Positions 1 to 10,182 of a stretch of DNA of 64,000 bases are shown here, piece by piece. The DNA lies in assembly GCA_024137785.1 (NCBI GenBank), contig JAHRHZ010000004.1, positions 19,916,966 to 19,980,965 on the forward strand. Reading direction: 5' to 3'. The notes beneath the pieces were generated by a model. It ran no database searches. It was not told the origin of the DNA and saw nothing but the letters and a program-made list of their open reading frames with translations. A program made the translations under genes and the position numbers. Each line of letters begins with the position of its first letter. Position 1 is the stretch's first letter. Source of the stretch: Ginglymostoma cirratum. Taxonomy: Eukaryota.

Positions 1-140
1 CTCTCTCCCTATTTATTTCAGAACCCTCTTCCCCTCCCCCATTTCTGATGAAGGGTCTAGGCCCAAAACGTCAAGCTTTCCCGCTCCTATGATGCTGCTT
101 GGCCTGCTGTATTCATCCAGCCCCACACCCTGTTATCTCA
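1..140 (+). mobile_element. PLE 3' terminal repeat (family A) with mutated hammerhead (GAAA->AAAA)
   Basis: ctgatgaagggtctaggcccAaaacgtcaagctttcc...gatgctgcttggcctgctgt...gttatctc, the same family as 33321-33418. Confidence 0.85.
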
Positions 141-169
141 CATGGCAAGGTTTCATGTTTTTCATGGAT

Positions 170-460
170 TCATCCCAGAACCAGTTGTCACAGTCTAAGG
201 GTATGGGGAAGACCATTTAGGACTGACATGAGAAGATATTTCTTCACCCAGAGGGTATGGAATTCTTTGCCGCAGCAAGTGGCTGAGGCCAAAACATTGA
301 ATATTTTCAAGAAGGCGTTTGATATAGTTCTTATGGTTGAATGGATCAAAGGCTGTAGGGAGAAAGCAGGAATAAGGTGTTGAGTTGCATGATCAGCCAT
401 GATCATAATGAATAATAGAACAAACCAAAGTAGGGAATGGCATCGACCTGTTCCTATTTC
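170..460 (+). mobile_element. CR1-type LINE 3' end
   Basis: PRTSCHSLRVWGRPFRTDMRRYFFTQRVWNSLPQQVAEAKTLNIFKKAFD, the CR1 ORF2 C-terminus. Confidence 0.85.
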
Positions 461-1484
461 CCACACTTCTCTCTGTTCCTATTATGTCCAAAATTGCTTT
501 TGCACCAATTATTGTAAAAGTGTTCTGTAGGGTAGTTTGCCTGCTTGTAAATTTTAGGCATTAACAGGATTGAACCTGACTCAAAAAACCCTTGATTGAA
601 TGTCTGCTGTGATATTATGATTCCTCGAATACGAAACTCATTAACATCTGGCAACAAAATGTGGTGTTTCCAGAAGAGGAAGGATGATGTTAATACAAAA
701 CATAATTTGATTTCATAAATTGCTGGATTGAAAGCACAAAGCTCCGTTTATAAAGTTTGTGTGGTAACATGCAATTCATTAGGAAATTGATTTAACCGTT
801 AAAATACCTAGAAAACTAATAATATTTAGATGGGGGTCAGATGAGTAGGGTTTGATATCAGAGGAAGAGATTATCAGATTGTAAATATGAGTGAGGTCCA
901 AAAATATGGGTGAGATCAAGGACAACTGAATATCATTTTAGAGAGGCAGCAGGAAAATTGTGAGGTTGTATATCTGCAAGAGGGTAACTATTTGCAAAAG
1001 GTGGCAAATAAATGTTTTGGCTTTTGATTTCAAAGTGAAAGCTATCAGTAATGCACAGAGATTCTATCAATTGTTTTGTATTAATACTAAGCTAGAAGGG
1101 AGAGTTCCAAACTATTTTCAAAGTTGATTTGACCTTCGAAGGGCTCTTGGCACATTTATTAGAAGCAGTTTGTTTCACACAAGCTTGGTACCTGTAGGAA
1201 GTCTGAATTCAGCCATGCTTCCCACAGTGTTGAAAGGACTTCAGTGCCTACAGCAGTCAGGATAAAACTAAGCACATTCTTGCCATGATTTCCCAAACAG
1301 TGCTTGCTAAAGTGTTTGTGAAATTTGTGATGAGTTGATGAGACATTCAAGTACGATGTGTTGTGCTGTACATCTTAAATGTGAAATGTCTACACCAACT
1401 TAAACTGTATAGATGGATAATTATGAATATTTTTTGATGTGTTAGTTGACTTTTCCCATCTATTTCTGCAACCTGATAAATGGT

Positions 1485-1584
1485 TATGAGGAAGGGTCGC
1501 TGGACCCGAAATGTTGACTCTGATTTTTTTCTTCGCAGATGTTGCCAGACCTGCTGAGCTTTTCCAGCAGATTCTGTTTTTGTT
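1485..1584 (+). mobile_element. Short hammerhead-headed PLE-derived insertion (family B) with 13-bp TSD
   Basis: tatgaggaagggtcgctggacccgaaatgttg...ccagacctgctgagcttttccagc, flanked by cctgataaatggt at 1472-1484 and 1585-1597. Confidence 0.85.
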
Positions 1585-2811
1585 CCTGATAAATGGTCTT
1601 TGATTCAGTCCTCCACAAGAAGGAGAGCCTTCCTTTAATATCTCTTTTTGAAAAGAAACTGTATGGCATTTGCCAGTGACCTCATTAATTCAGTTTTGAA
1701 GTTTCATATTAATGGAGAGCAAGAATAATTCTGATATGAAGAAGCTTGAGGGGAAAGAAAGAATTATGTTGATAGCTCCTAAGGAGAAATTATACTGGAG
1801 CATTATTCCTCTCAAACATAAAACATTTTGAAATATAACCCAGAATTAACCACCTCTTCCCTGATAGGATTCACAGAAATCTGTTCAGATGTGGCTTCAG
1901 AAGGGAGTAAACAAGATGAAGTCAAGGTGAGGATGCTGTGACTAGCTGATCAATTGTAACGAGCTGGTGATATGTGTATCAGAGAGTCCTTTTGCAACCA
2001 GAGACTTGATAAACTGACAACTGTCTAGTACATTCATATTACAGTCTCTTGTCTGGTAATTTAACTGAGATTTTAAAATAGATGAGTTTTGAGAAATCAA
2101 AGTGAGGTTCATGAGACTGAAATTGCAAAGTTGTTTGGAAGCGGTGAAAACACAATTAAACAACGAAGAAGAAATGTAAATTTACTGTACTGTACACGAT
2201 TCGCCATTGTAGTTTAGCTCAGCTCAGTGGAACAAATTCAATCGTGTAGATTCTGTTGGGGTTATCTTCACAGTGTATATAGTATCAGGAATGTGTGTGG
2301 ACGAGGCGTTTTCTGACCCTTTCTCAGCTACCTCAGGCTTCTGTACTTGCCGTGAATCGCTGGCCGTTAGTGAACCACCGGGCTGCAGCGGATAACCGGC
2401 AGTGTGTCCATTTGAAATTGATTTTACCTGGATTCGTTTGTGCTGAGCTATCAAATTTAAAACATTCAAAGCGAACCCAACTCACGAATACTGGGATTTC
2501 AAGACCTAAGAAAGTGGAAGTGCTAGATGTGTTTAAAACCGCCACAAGAAACAAAAACAAATCACCGTCAGATTGTGTCCCACGTCTAACACATCAATCC
2601 CGTCTGCTGAAGGGTTAAATCCCAAACAATAACGTGCCTTTTATCTCATACCTGCCGTGCCTCCGATGCTGTCTGCTTGTGTCAAGTTCTTGTTAGTTGC
2701 TTTAAATACTGGATGGTTTTTGAACGATGATTTTTTTTCCTTTTTGAAATCCCGGAGAATTGAGGAATTGATAAATCGTGATATAATTTGTTTCCACATA
2801 CGGAGCGGATT

Positions 2812-3205
2812 CATTGGAGAGAGGAGAGGGCTGTATCACCAGTCCATTGGGGAGAGGGGAGGGAGCATTTCTCCAGTGCTTTGGGGTAGGGGAGGGGGCT
2901 GTATCGCCAATACGTTGGGGGTAGGGGAGGGGGCTGTATCTCCAATACGTTAGGGATAGGGGAGGGGGCTGTATCTCCAGTGCGCTGGGGGTAGGGGAGG
3001 GGGCTGTCTCTCCAGTGCACTGGGGATAGGGGAGGGGGCTGTATCGCCAGTGCACTGGGGGTAGGGGAGGGGGCTGTCTCTCCGGTGCTTTGTGGGTAGG
3101 GGAGGGAGCTGTCTCTCCAGTGCTTTGGGGGTAGGGAAGGGGGCTGTATCTCCCGTACGTTGGGTCCCGTAGGGGACGGGGCTGTATCTCCAGTACGTTG
3201 GGGTG
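2812..3205. repeat. 35-bp G-rich minisatellite, ~11 copies
   Basis: Unit approximately gtatctccagtgcactgggggtaggggagggggct; period 35 (2901, 2936, 2971). Confidence 0.9.
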
Positions 3206-3237
3206 AGGAGCAGCCTGTTGTCCATGGAAGGGGTCTC

Positions 3238-3243
3238 TTTATT
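3238..3243 (-). terminator. htr6: Candidate htr6 polyadenylation signal AATAAA
   Basis: tttatt on + (AATAAA on -) about 290 nt past the stop codon; motif only. Confidence 0.35.
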
Positions 3244-3528
3244 TTCTCACTCTCTCTCTCTCCAGTACATTGGAGGAGGGGGCCTCTCTTTCTCTCTCCA
3301 GTCAATGGGAGATAGTAGAGCGGTTGCCTTTGCTGTTTATGGGGTAGAGCTGAAGCGAGGGGTTTGCTGTCTCCCTCGGGTACTGTTTTAGTCAGCGGGT
3401 TGCCTTGGACCTGTATGAGGGTCCCTTGTCTGGATTTCACTGTCAGTCCAGTCTAGGGCAGAGCTGGCTCGTCCTGGATCAGGGTGGGGAGGTGGAAACC
3501 CATGGCTGGGTGGGTTCTGAATCTGCCC

Positions 3529-3951
3529 CTAGTCCATTGGTGTGTTCAGTGGGTTTCCCTGGAATTCCTGGTCAGTCTGCTCCAGCTCGAAGAGCTGCAG
3601 TGAGTCCTCCAGCTGCTGGTCCTTGGTCAGCTGCTGGTCCCTGCTGGCTGCCAGGAGGATGTGTTCGTTCACCTGGATCACCGAGTCGCCAGAGCCTGTC
3701 TCTGGCGGCAGAGTTAGCATATTTGGGACGGACAGGCCCAAACGCCGGCCGCTGTTGGAGTTTCTCATGGACAAGGAAACTACACTTGGCCGCCGCTCCC
3801 ACCAGCGGCGGCAACAAGGCAAATACTTGGCCATGGCCCGTTTGAAATCCCGCATGAAGAGAGGGTAGATGATAGGGTTCATGGTACTATTACAGTAGCC
3901 GAGCCAGGTCAGGACGTCAAAGAGAAGAGCAGGGACACATTCACACACCGC
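3529..3951 (-). CDS. htr6: 5-HT6 receptor coding exon 3 (TM7 and C-tail)
   Basis: Acceptor ttgcccacag|GCG. Encodes AVCECVPALLFDVLTWLGYCNSTMNPIIYPLFMRDFKRAMAKYLPC... with the NPxxY motif; TAG at 3529-3531. Joined CDS is 244+53+140 = 437 aa. Confidence 0.96.
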   Translation of the reverse strand, partial: AVCECVPALLFDVLTWLGYCNSTMNPIIYPLFMRDFKRAMAKYLPCCRRWWERRPSVVSLSMRNSNSGRRLGLSVPNMLTLPPETGSGDSVIQVNEHILLAASRDQQLTKDQQLEDSLQLFELEQTDQEFQGNPLNTPMD

Positions 3952-4006
3952 CTGTGGGCAAGAGACATACATGAATCAGAGACAAAATAAAGATACCCAG
4001 CCAATT

Positions 4007-4130
4007 GCTGAATGGTCACTGGACTCCAAACGTTAACTCTGCTTTCTCCCCATAGGTTTGCTGCCAGACCTGCTGAGTTTCCCAATAATATCTGTTCTTT
4101 CAAATTTCCAGCATCTGCTTTGTTGGTTTC
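4007..4130 (+). mobile_element. Degenerate family-B PLE terminal repeat (htr6 intron 2)
   Basis: ggtcactggactccaaacgttaactctgctttctcc...gctgccagacctgctgagttt. Confidence 0.7.
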
Positions 4131-4349
4131 AATTTAGCTCCAGCCATGGGCGGGGGTACTGGGAAATTGCTGCATAGTTGTAACACTGCAGCCCTGAGTA
4201 GATCAGCGCTAATGAAAATGGATAAACTTCCATCAATTACTCAGAAAAAATATAGCGATGGGAATGAGCTATTTATATTCTGACTTGGGCCTGTTGGGAG
4301 TGCAATGTTATTTTTAAAAAACAAAATCTGAAATTACTGGAGAGACTCT

Positions 4350-4475
4350 CCGTCACTGAACTGGAAACTTTAACCCTGCTTTCTCTCCACAGATGCTGCG
4401 AAACCCGCTGAGTTTCTCCAGCAATTTCTGTTTTTTTTTCCAATTTCCAACATCCACAGTTCTTCGGATTTTTTT
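4350..4475 (+). mobile_element. Degenerate family-B PLE terminal repeat
   Basis: taaccctgctttctctccacagatgctgcg...gctgagtttctccagcaatttctg. Confidence 0.7.
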
Positions 4476-5596
4476 TCAGAATGCTGTTCAAACCCAGCGG
4501 ATATCGGAGACAAATGGATTGGCGAGGCTGGAGTTGTAAAAATTTGAGGCTGTTCGAAAATTCTTTCCAGAATATTCGTGGCTCTTTGCAGCATGGAGCC
4601 TGGGAACCCTCGGGATCCTGTTTTAAGATTTCAGAGAGACATTGCTGTCTGCTTTCACGCTTTGACACATCGTTTTCTGAAGCCTTGGGACTCGCTCCGC
4701 ATCCATGAGGGCGTTTGGTGTAGTGGCATTGATCCTACCTCTGACACAGGAGCTCTGGGTTCAAGTCCCATTCTAACATATCTGCCGATGGTGCTCCCTG
4801 GGCCACGTACCGCCTTGGTTTCAGGGGACGCCGGCGACCAAGCAGTGATGGCTTTGTAAGTGAGAGAGATGTATGAACGGGGACAGGAATGCAATTGTGC
4901 TCTCAACATAGTAACAGACAGAAAAGTAAAACTCACAAGGTGCGAGACGGAAACACGCAGCGAGATAGGCATCTGCCAAACAGGGAACTATGACAGTCAA
5001 TGACAAGGAATGGCATTATTTCCATTTGTGATGCCACCTTTGTCTGAACGAATCCCAGTGCCAGCGAGTGTAAAATTCACAATTGCCTTATCACCAGCCA
5101 ACCCTTCCAGAGCCTCTAGTTAATGAGTCAGCCGAGTTTCTTGTTTAAGGGCCTGAACGAAATTGGCCAATTTACCTTTTAACCTCTGGCTGATGCTGTA
5201 CTCTGAACAACCGTCTTATAGTTGAATCAGATATTCTTAACCAACCGTGTCAGATGTGCTAGAACACATTCATGTACGTGAACCCAGACTTCCTGGCTCA
5301 GAGGTAGGGACGCTACCCCTGCACCACATGAGACCCTAAAACAGACATTTACTTTGCAACTAATTATTTGGAAAGTAGCACCTTCAAGATCAACCTAAGG
5401 ATCTGGGTTAAGATTGGTCTAATTGATTTAATGTTAGACCGTTTCCCTCTGACGATTCCTAGCGAAGGTTTATGGAAAGGAGAGGACTGGGTGCTAAGTG
5501 GTTAAGGAGAGAACAACTTTAACATGAAGGTTCCCGCTTCGGAAACCGAGATCTGGGGAGATTCTAGCCTCATCCTCAGCTCGGCGACTTGCTCAC

Positions 5597-5755
5597 CTGT
5601 GTTACATTGGCCACAAAGAACGGCAGCCAGGCCACAAAGAACATTCCCAGCAAGACCCCTAGGGTCAGGCTTGCCTTTAGAGCCCTCTTGCTGTGTTTGG
5701 TGGTGAATTTTCTGCTGTCGCTGGTTCTGGCTGATGGATTCTGAGCTCCCCGGAG
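5597..5755 (-). CDS. htr6: 5-HT6 receptor coding exon 2 (IC3-TM6); not in the supplied ORF track
   Basis: Acceptor ctcttctgatttccag|CTC and donor CAG|GTGAGC. The 159 nt encode LRGAQNPSARTSDSRKFTTKHSKRALKASLTLGVLLGMFFVAWLPFFVANVTQ, matching HTR6 DSRRLATKHSRKALKASLTLGILLGMFFVTWLPFFVANIVQ. Phase 0/0. Confidence 0.96.
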
Positions 5756-6031
5756 CTGGAAATCAGAAGAGACAGAGTCTGAGCGAGAAATATTTTGGAC
5801 ACGGCTTTCGCTGAAGACAAATCATAGTCAGGTTTCAATCTGTTAAATAATGTATAATCTACACAAATCTCCAATCCTAGCCAGGATTGAAATTCAAAAT
5901 TAATTTCAGAATTTCACAGAACCAGCAAAAACAAATGTGAAGCACATTTAGCACAGTCAGTGTGTGGGATATGGTCAGACGTAATTGTGGCAGCAACTGG
6001 GAAACAAGACTAAATATCTGCCCAAATCCAG

Positions 6032-6250
6032 CGTGACCGGTGCTGAGAGTGACCAGTCCTGAGAGTGACCGCTATTGACATTGGCCGGAGCTGTGACCTG
6101 AGGAGAGAGTGGTAGGTGCTGAGAGTGACCGGACCTGAGTGTGGCCAGAGCTAAGACTGTCCTGTGCTGAGAGTGACCGATGGAGAGTGGTGGGTACTGA
6201 GAGTGGCCGGTGGAGAGAGTTGAGGGTGACGGCGCTGACAGTGACCTGGT
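6032..6250. repeat. Irregular tandem repeat built on (g)tgctgagagtgacc, htr6 intron 1
   Basis: gagagtgacc/gagagtgg motifs recur about 10 times. Confidence 0.75.
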
Positions 6251-6328
6251 GCCGAAGCGGATCCCCGTGCCGCCGCTGATCTCGCTCCCGGGTCCCACTG
6301 GGCGAGCTGCTGCTGCTCCCGGGAATCT

Positions 6329-6349
6329 GTCGCTGTCCGCGGTGCTGAA
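6329..6349 (-). promoter_or_regulatory. REST/NRSF binding site (RE1/NRSE) in htr6 intron 1
   Basis: Minus strand TTCAGCACCGCGGACAGCGAC matches the canonical TTCAGCACCACGGACAGCGCC at 19/21 positions. Both half-sites and the 2-nt spacer are intact, in a CpG-rich patch of a neuronal gene. Confidence 0.8.
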
Positions 6350-6728
6350 ACTGAAGCCCAGCCTCTGGGCTGGGTCTATTGGTCAGCCCCGAACTCCTGA
6401 TGGGTGTCTGAATGAGATTGTAATTTACCAAGAATAACACTAGCCCCATCTTCCCCACTCCCCCTCTCCCTCACCCAGCATGTGTGGCATCTTCTGGGAT
6501 CAGCTGCTGGTTGTTGAAGCAACAGGAGTCCCAGGAAACCTGCAGAAAGACAGGAACGGATCGGGATCCCGAGCAACCTTCTCCTTCCGAGAAAGTCACT
6601 GACCTGTTATCAAAGAGTGAGAAACCTGTCTGAAGCGATTAACCCCAACCTGAGAAGGTGCCCCGCAGTCTGTGGTTTAATGCTGGGACCAGTTTAACTC
6701 CGCGGACTGTACAAAGAGGCGGCTTTAC

Positions 6729-7460
6729 CTGCACCGGTCCATTAGAGGTGGTCGCCACATTAGTGGTGAGGGAAGCCACTTGCACTGCTTGCTTCTTGGC
6801 CGCCAGCAGGATCCGGCAGTAGGTGAAGGAGATAGCGACCGAGGGCAGGAAGAAGGTGAGAGACGAGGCGATGAGAGCGTAGGGCAGGCTGACCAGGAGG
6901 CGACACTGAGCCGCCTCCTCTGGCAGCTCCAGCGTGGAATTGAGCGCCTGGGCGTCAAAGTCCATCTCATGCCAGCCCATCTCGATAGGCAGGAATGAAG
7001 CCAAGGCGGCCAGGGTCCAAGTGGTGAAAATGAGGAACAGAGCACGGCAAGAGGTCATCCGCAGTTTGTATTTGAGAGGGGAGATAATGAGGAAGTATCT
7101 GTCCAGGCTGATCACACACAAGTTCAGGATGGAAGCGCTACAACACATAACATCAAAGGAGTACCAGATCGAGCACAATTTACTCTCCAGCACCCATCTC
7201 CCGTACAGTTCGTTCAACATAGCCGGAGGCATCACAACCATCCCCACCATCAAGTCAGACATGAAAAGGGAGACCAGGAAATAATTGGAAGTGTTGCGGA
7301 GAGAGCGTTGTGTGAAAATGAGCAGGATAAGGAGAGAGTTGCCCGCTGTGGTCAGGATGATGATGAGACAGAGACAGACTGCGATCCACTGTCTGCCCTC
7401 GGGAGCCGCCCCCTGCCCCAACTCGGGGCCCTTCCCCTCGGCCCACAGCCCGATGTCCAT
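6729..7460 (-). CDS. htr6: 5-hydroxytryptamine receptor 6, coding exon 1 (N-terminus to start of IC3; TM1-TM5)
   Basis: Translation MDIGLWAEG...GNSLLILLIFTQRSLRNTSNYFLVSLFMSDLMVGMVVMPPAMLNELYGRW...FDVMCCSASILNLCVISLDRY...TFFLPSVAISFTYCRILLAAKKQAVQVASLTT closely matches vertebrate HTR6. ATG at 7460 is the first in-frame ATG before TM1. Donor CAG|GTAAAG after 6729, phase 0, 732 nt. Confidence 0.96.
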
Positions 7461-8005
7461 GCGGAGAGGTGACCGGAGACGCTGACAAGCACAGCAGTAA
7501 CAGCTTGGGCAGCTGTCCTGGCCATCGGGCAGGAGTGCGAGGCAACATGCAACACGTCCAGCTGCCAAGGATGGCACATGAAGCTGAACTGCGCGTCCGC
7601 TTTCCAGTGGCAACTGCGGGCTCCGAAACCTGGAGACTGGAGAGAAGTGATGGTTGGTGCACACGCACACAAAAACATGCAAAAAAAAATACAGGACGCC
7701 AAGGATGTGAGCAGCGATGAACAGAATTGGCTACAATTCACAAATCCTCTGTTACTGTTTCAATTCCAATTCAACTACATCAAGGTTTGAACTTGACATT
7801 GAGCATCTGATCAGAGAGAGAGAGAGAGCAAAAGCCGTGACTGTTGGAGAGACATTCATTCGCCAAGATCGTCACTAATAAGCAGCTCCACCAAACTCGT
7901 TTACTCAGGGACTCTCGCCAGAGGAAGTGGCGGTGGCAGGAATTGGCGCTTGTTAATGGCTCATAAGTTTTTTTTTAAATAGAATGGAAATGACTTTATA
8001 AGTAA

Positions 8006-8313
8006 TGGCGGCACGGTGGCACAGTGGTTAGCGCTGCTGCCTCATAGCACCGGGGACCCGGATTCAATTCCAGCCTCGGGCGACTGTCTGTGTGGAGTTT
8101 GCACATTCTCCCTGTGTCTGCGTGGGTTTCCTCCCACAGTCCAAAGATGTGTAGGTTAGGTGGATTGGCCATGCTAAATTGCCTGTAGTGTTCAGGGAGG
8201 TGTAGGTTAGGTGGGTTATAGGGGGATGGGTCTGGGCGGGATGCTCCGAGGTTCGGTGTGGACTTGTTGGGCCGAAGGGCCTGTTTCCACACTGTAGGGA
8301 TTCTATGATTCTA
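8006..8313 (+). mobile_element. HE1-type V-SINE, near full length
   Basis: tRNA-like head (TGGCACAGTGG; GATTCAATTCC), V-domain ctgtgtggagtttgcacattctcc..gtgtctgcgtgggtttcc, and CR1-like tail gggccgaagggcctgtttccacactgtagggattctatgattcta. Confidence 0.9.
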
Positions 8314-10182
8314 ATTATCCCATTGAAAGTCTGAGGAAGCAAAGATCCAAGTAATGGCTATCAAGGTCAAGAGATGAAATCATTCCACCCTCTATCCAAG
8401 GGGAACTCCACAGCCAGCTAATGAAAAAAGCGAACACAGTAGTTTAAATTAATCCAGCCGACAAGGGAATCCCGTTGTCTGTACTTCTCTGCGTCCTGGA
8501 TACTCTCTGACAGAAAAAAAATAGCTTGCAATTAAGCCGTTGGCGTCACGGATTCTGTGCTTGTCCAGTCCTGATAGTGACGAACATGGAGCTAGTTTCC
8601 GACTGGACCTTCAGAATTAGTGTGCCGCAAATTCAGCGGAATGTTCATCCTCCCAGCGAATGAACTCAGCCCCACCACCCCGGTTTCATTCAGTAAGCTG
8701 TCCTCCCTCTGGCTTTGGCTGTTGGCTTTATGAAGCACATCAGCGTGCGCTAGAGAGATTGAACTCTCAAGAAAAGGACGAAGTGAAAAACTCCGATATG
8801 AGAAGAGAATGAGAATGAGGGTAATGCAATTCTCTGTAGCATTTGGTTGGATCTCACCCTTTCCCTTCTCTCCTCTCGCTCCCTCCCTGAAAAGGGATTC
8901 ATGTCGGGTGCAACGATACCAACCTCCTTCCACTACTTGGCTGAAGACTTCATTTCCAGAGTTCAAACAATCAGCGTTAGGAGCTTACAACTTTAGCGGA
9001 ATCAGAGGATTGGTTTACTCTTCTTCCAGATGGCACCCTCTCACAAAGGGACCAAGGTATACATCGCCTATCAGCTGCCCTGCCAAATTCTCCCCTTCCC
9101 TTTGCCCAGAAAGCTAGGCTACCTCCAAGGTGCCATTTTGTAATTGCAACAAACCATTTTTTTCTAGTTTCTCTTTGATCTCAGTTCATGTATTTCCAAT
9201 TTATCCATGGGCCCCTCCACCTGCTCTCTCAATCCAATTCCTAATTACTAGTGATAACTTAATCCCTATTCATCATCCCCACCATGCAAACTCCTCCTGT
9301 AAATCGTTCCCTCTCCTCAGGTACTGTCCCCTTCTGTGAACACTGACTGTTGGACAACTATTTTCCCAGATCCTAGTGAACATCTGGAATACATTGTTGG
9401 CTGGTATGGCAGATGCTAACAATTTGTTTGTTTTCAAGAGGGATGTTTGACAACTCTAGCCTGAGGAGGAGATTTAGTATGGAGGAAAAAAATGCCTTTA
9501 TATGCAACACTTAATTCATCAGAACATGCTACACATCCTAGCCATACTATGACATCTACCTAACATTGTGGAAAATTGTCCAAGAAAAAGCAGAATTTAC
9601 TGGATCTGGCTGTTTATCATCCATTATTCACTTTCAATCATCAACAGAGTAATGGAAGATGCTGTAGACAATGAAACATGTGGTACTTGTGCAGTAACTA
9701 ACTACTCACTGATGCTCATTTGGGTTCTGCCAGGACTGGACCATTCAACTCCAGACCCCTTTACAGCTTGATTCAAAATTGGCAAATTAGCTGAACTCCA
9801 AAGGGGAAGAGCAACTGTTCTAGACACCAAGGCAGCATTTGACTGAGTTATGTATTAAACAGCCCATCAAATTGAAATCAGTGAGATTGGAGGGAAAATC
9901 TTCACTACTCAGAGTTAACACAAGCATGAAGGAAGGTGTCTGTGGTTATTGGAGGCCAATCATCTCAACCCAGGACTTCAGCACAGGAGTTCCTCAAGGT
10001 AGTGTCCAAGACACAACCATCTTCAGATATTGATTAATAATCTCCACCTAATTAAATAGTCAGTAGTGGGGCTGTTTACTGATGGTTACACAATGTTCAG
10101 AACTATTCATAACTCCTCAGCTATTGAAGTAGTCCATGTCAATGGGCAGCTGGAACGAACAACAATCAGGCTTCAAGTTAAA

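Noticed and set aside
2702-3440. Long Pro-rich ORFs (up to 209 aa)
   Set aside because: Translations of the 35-bp minisatellite.
1-3500. Expected neighbour TMCO4 (tail-to-tail with HTR6 in human)
   Set aside because: No recognisable TMCO4 peptide or exon seen.
7461-7682. N-terminal extension of the 347-aa htr6 ORF
   Set aside because: No similarity to HTR6 before MDIGLW; it reads through UTR- and acceptor-like sequence.
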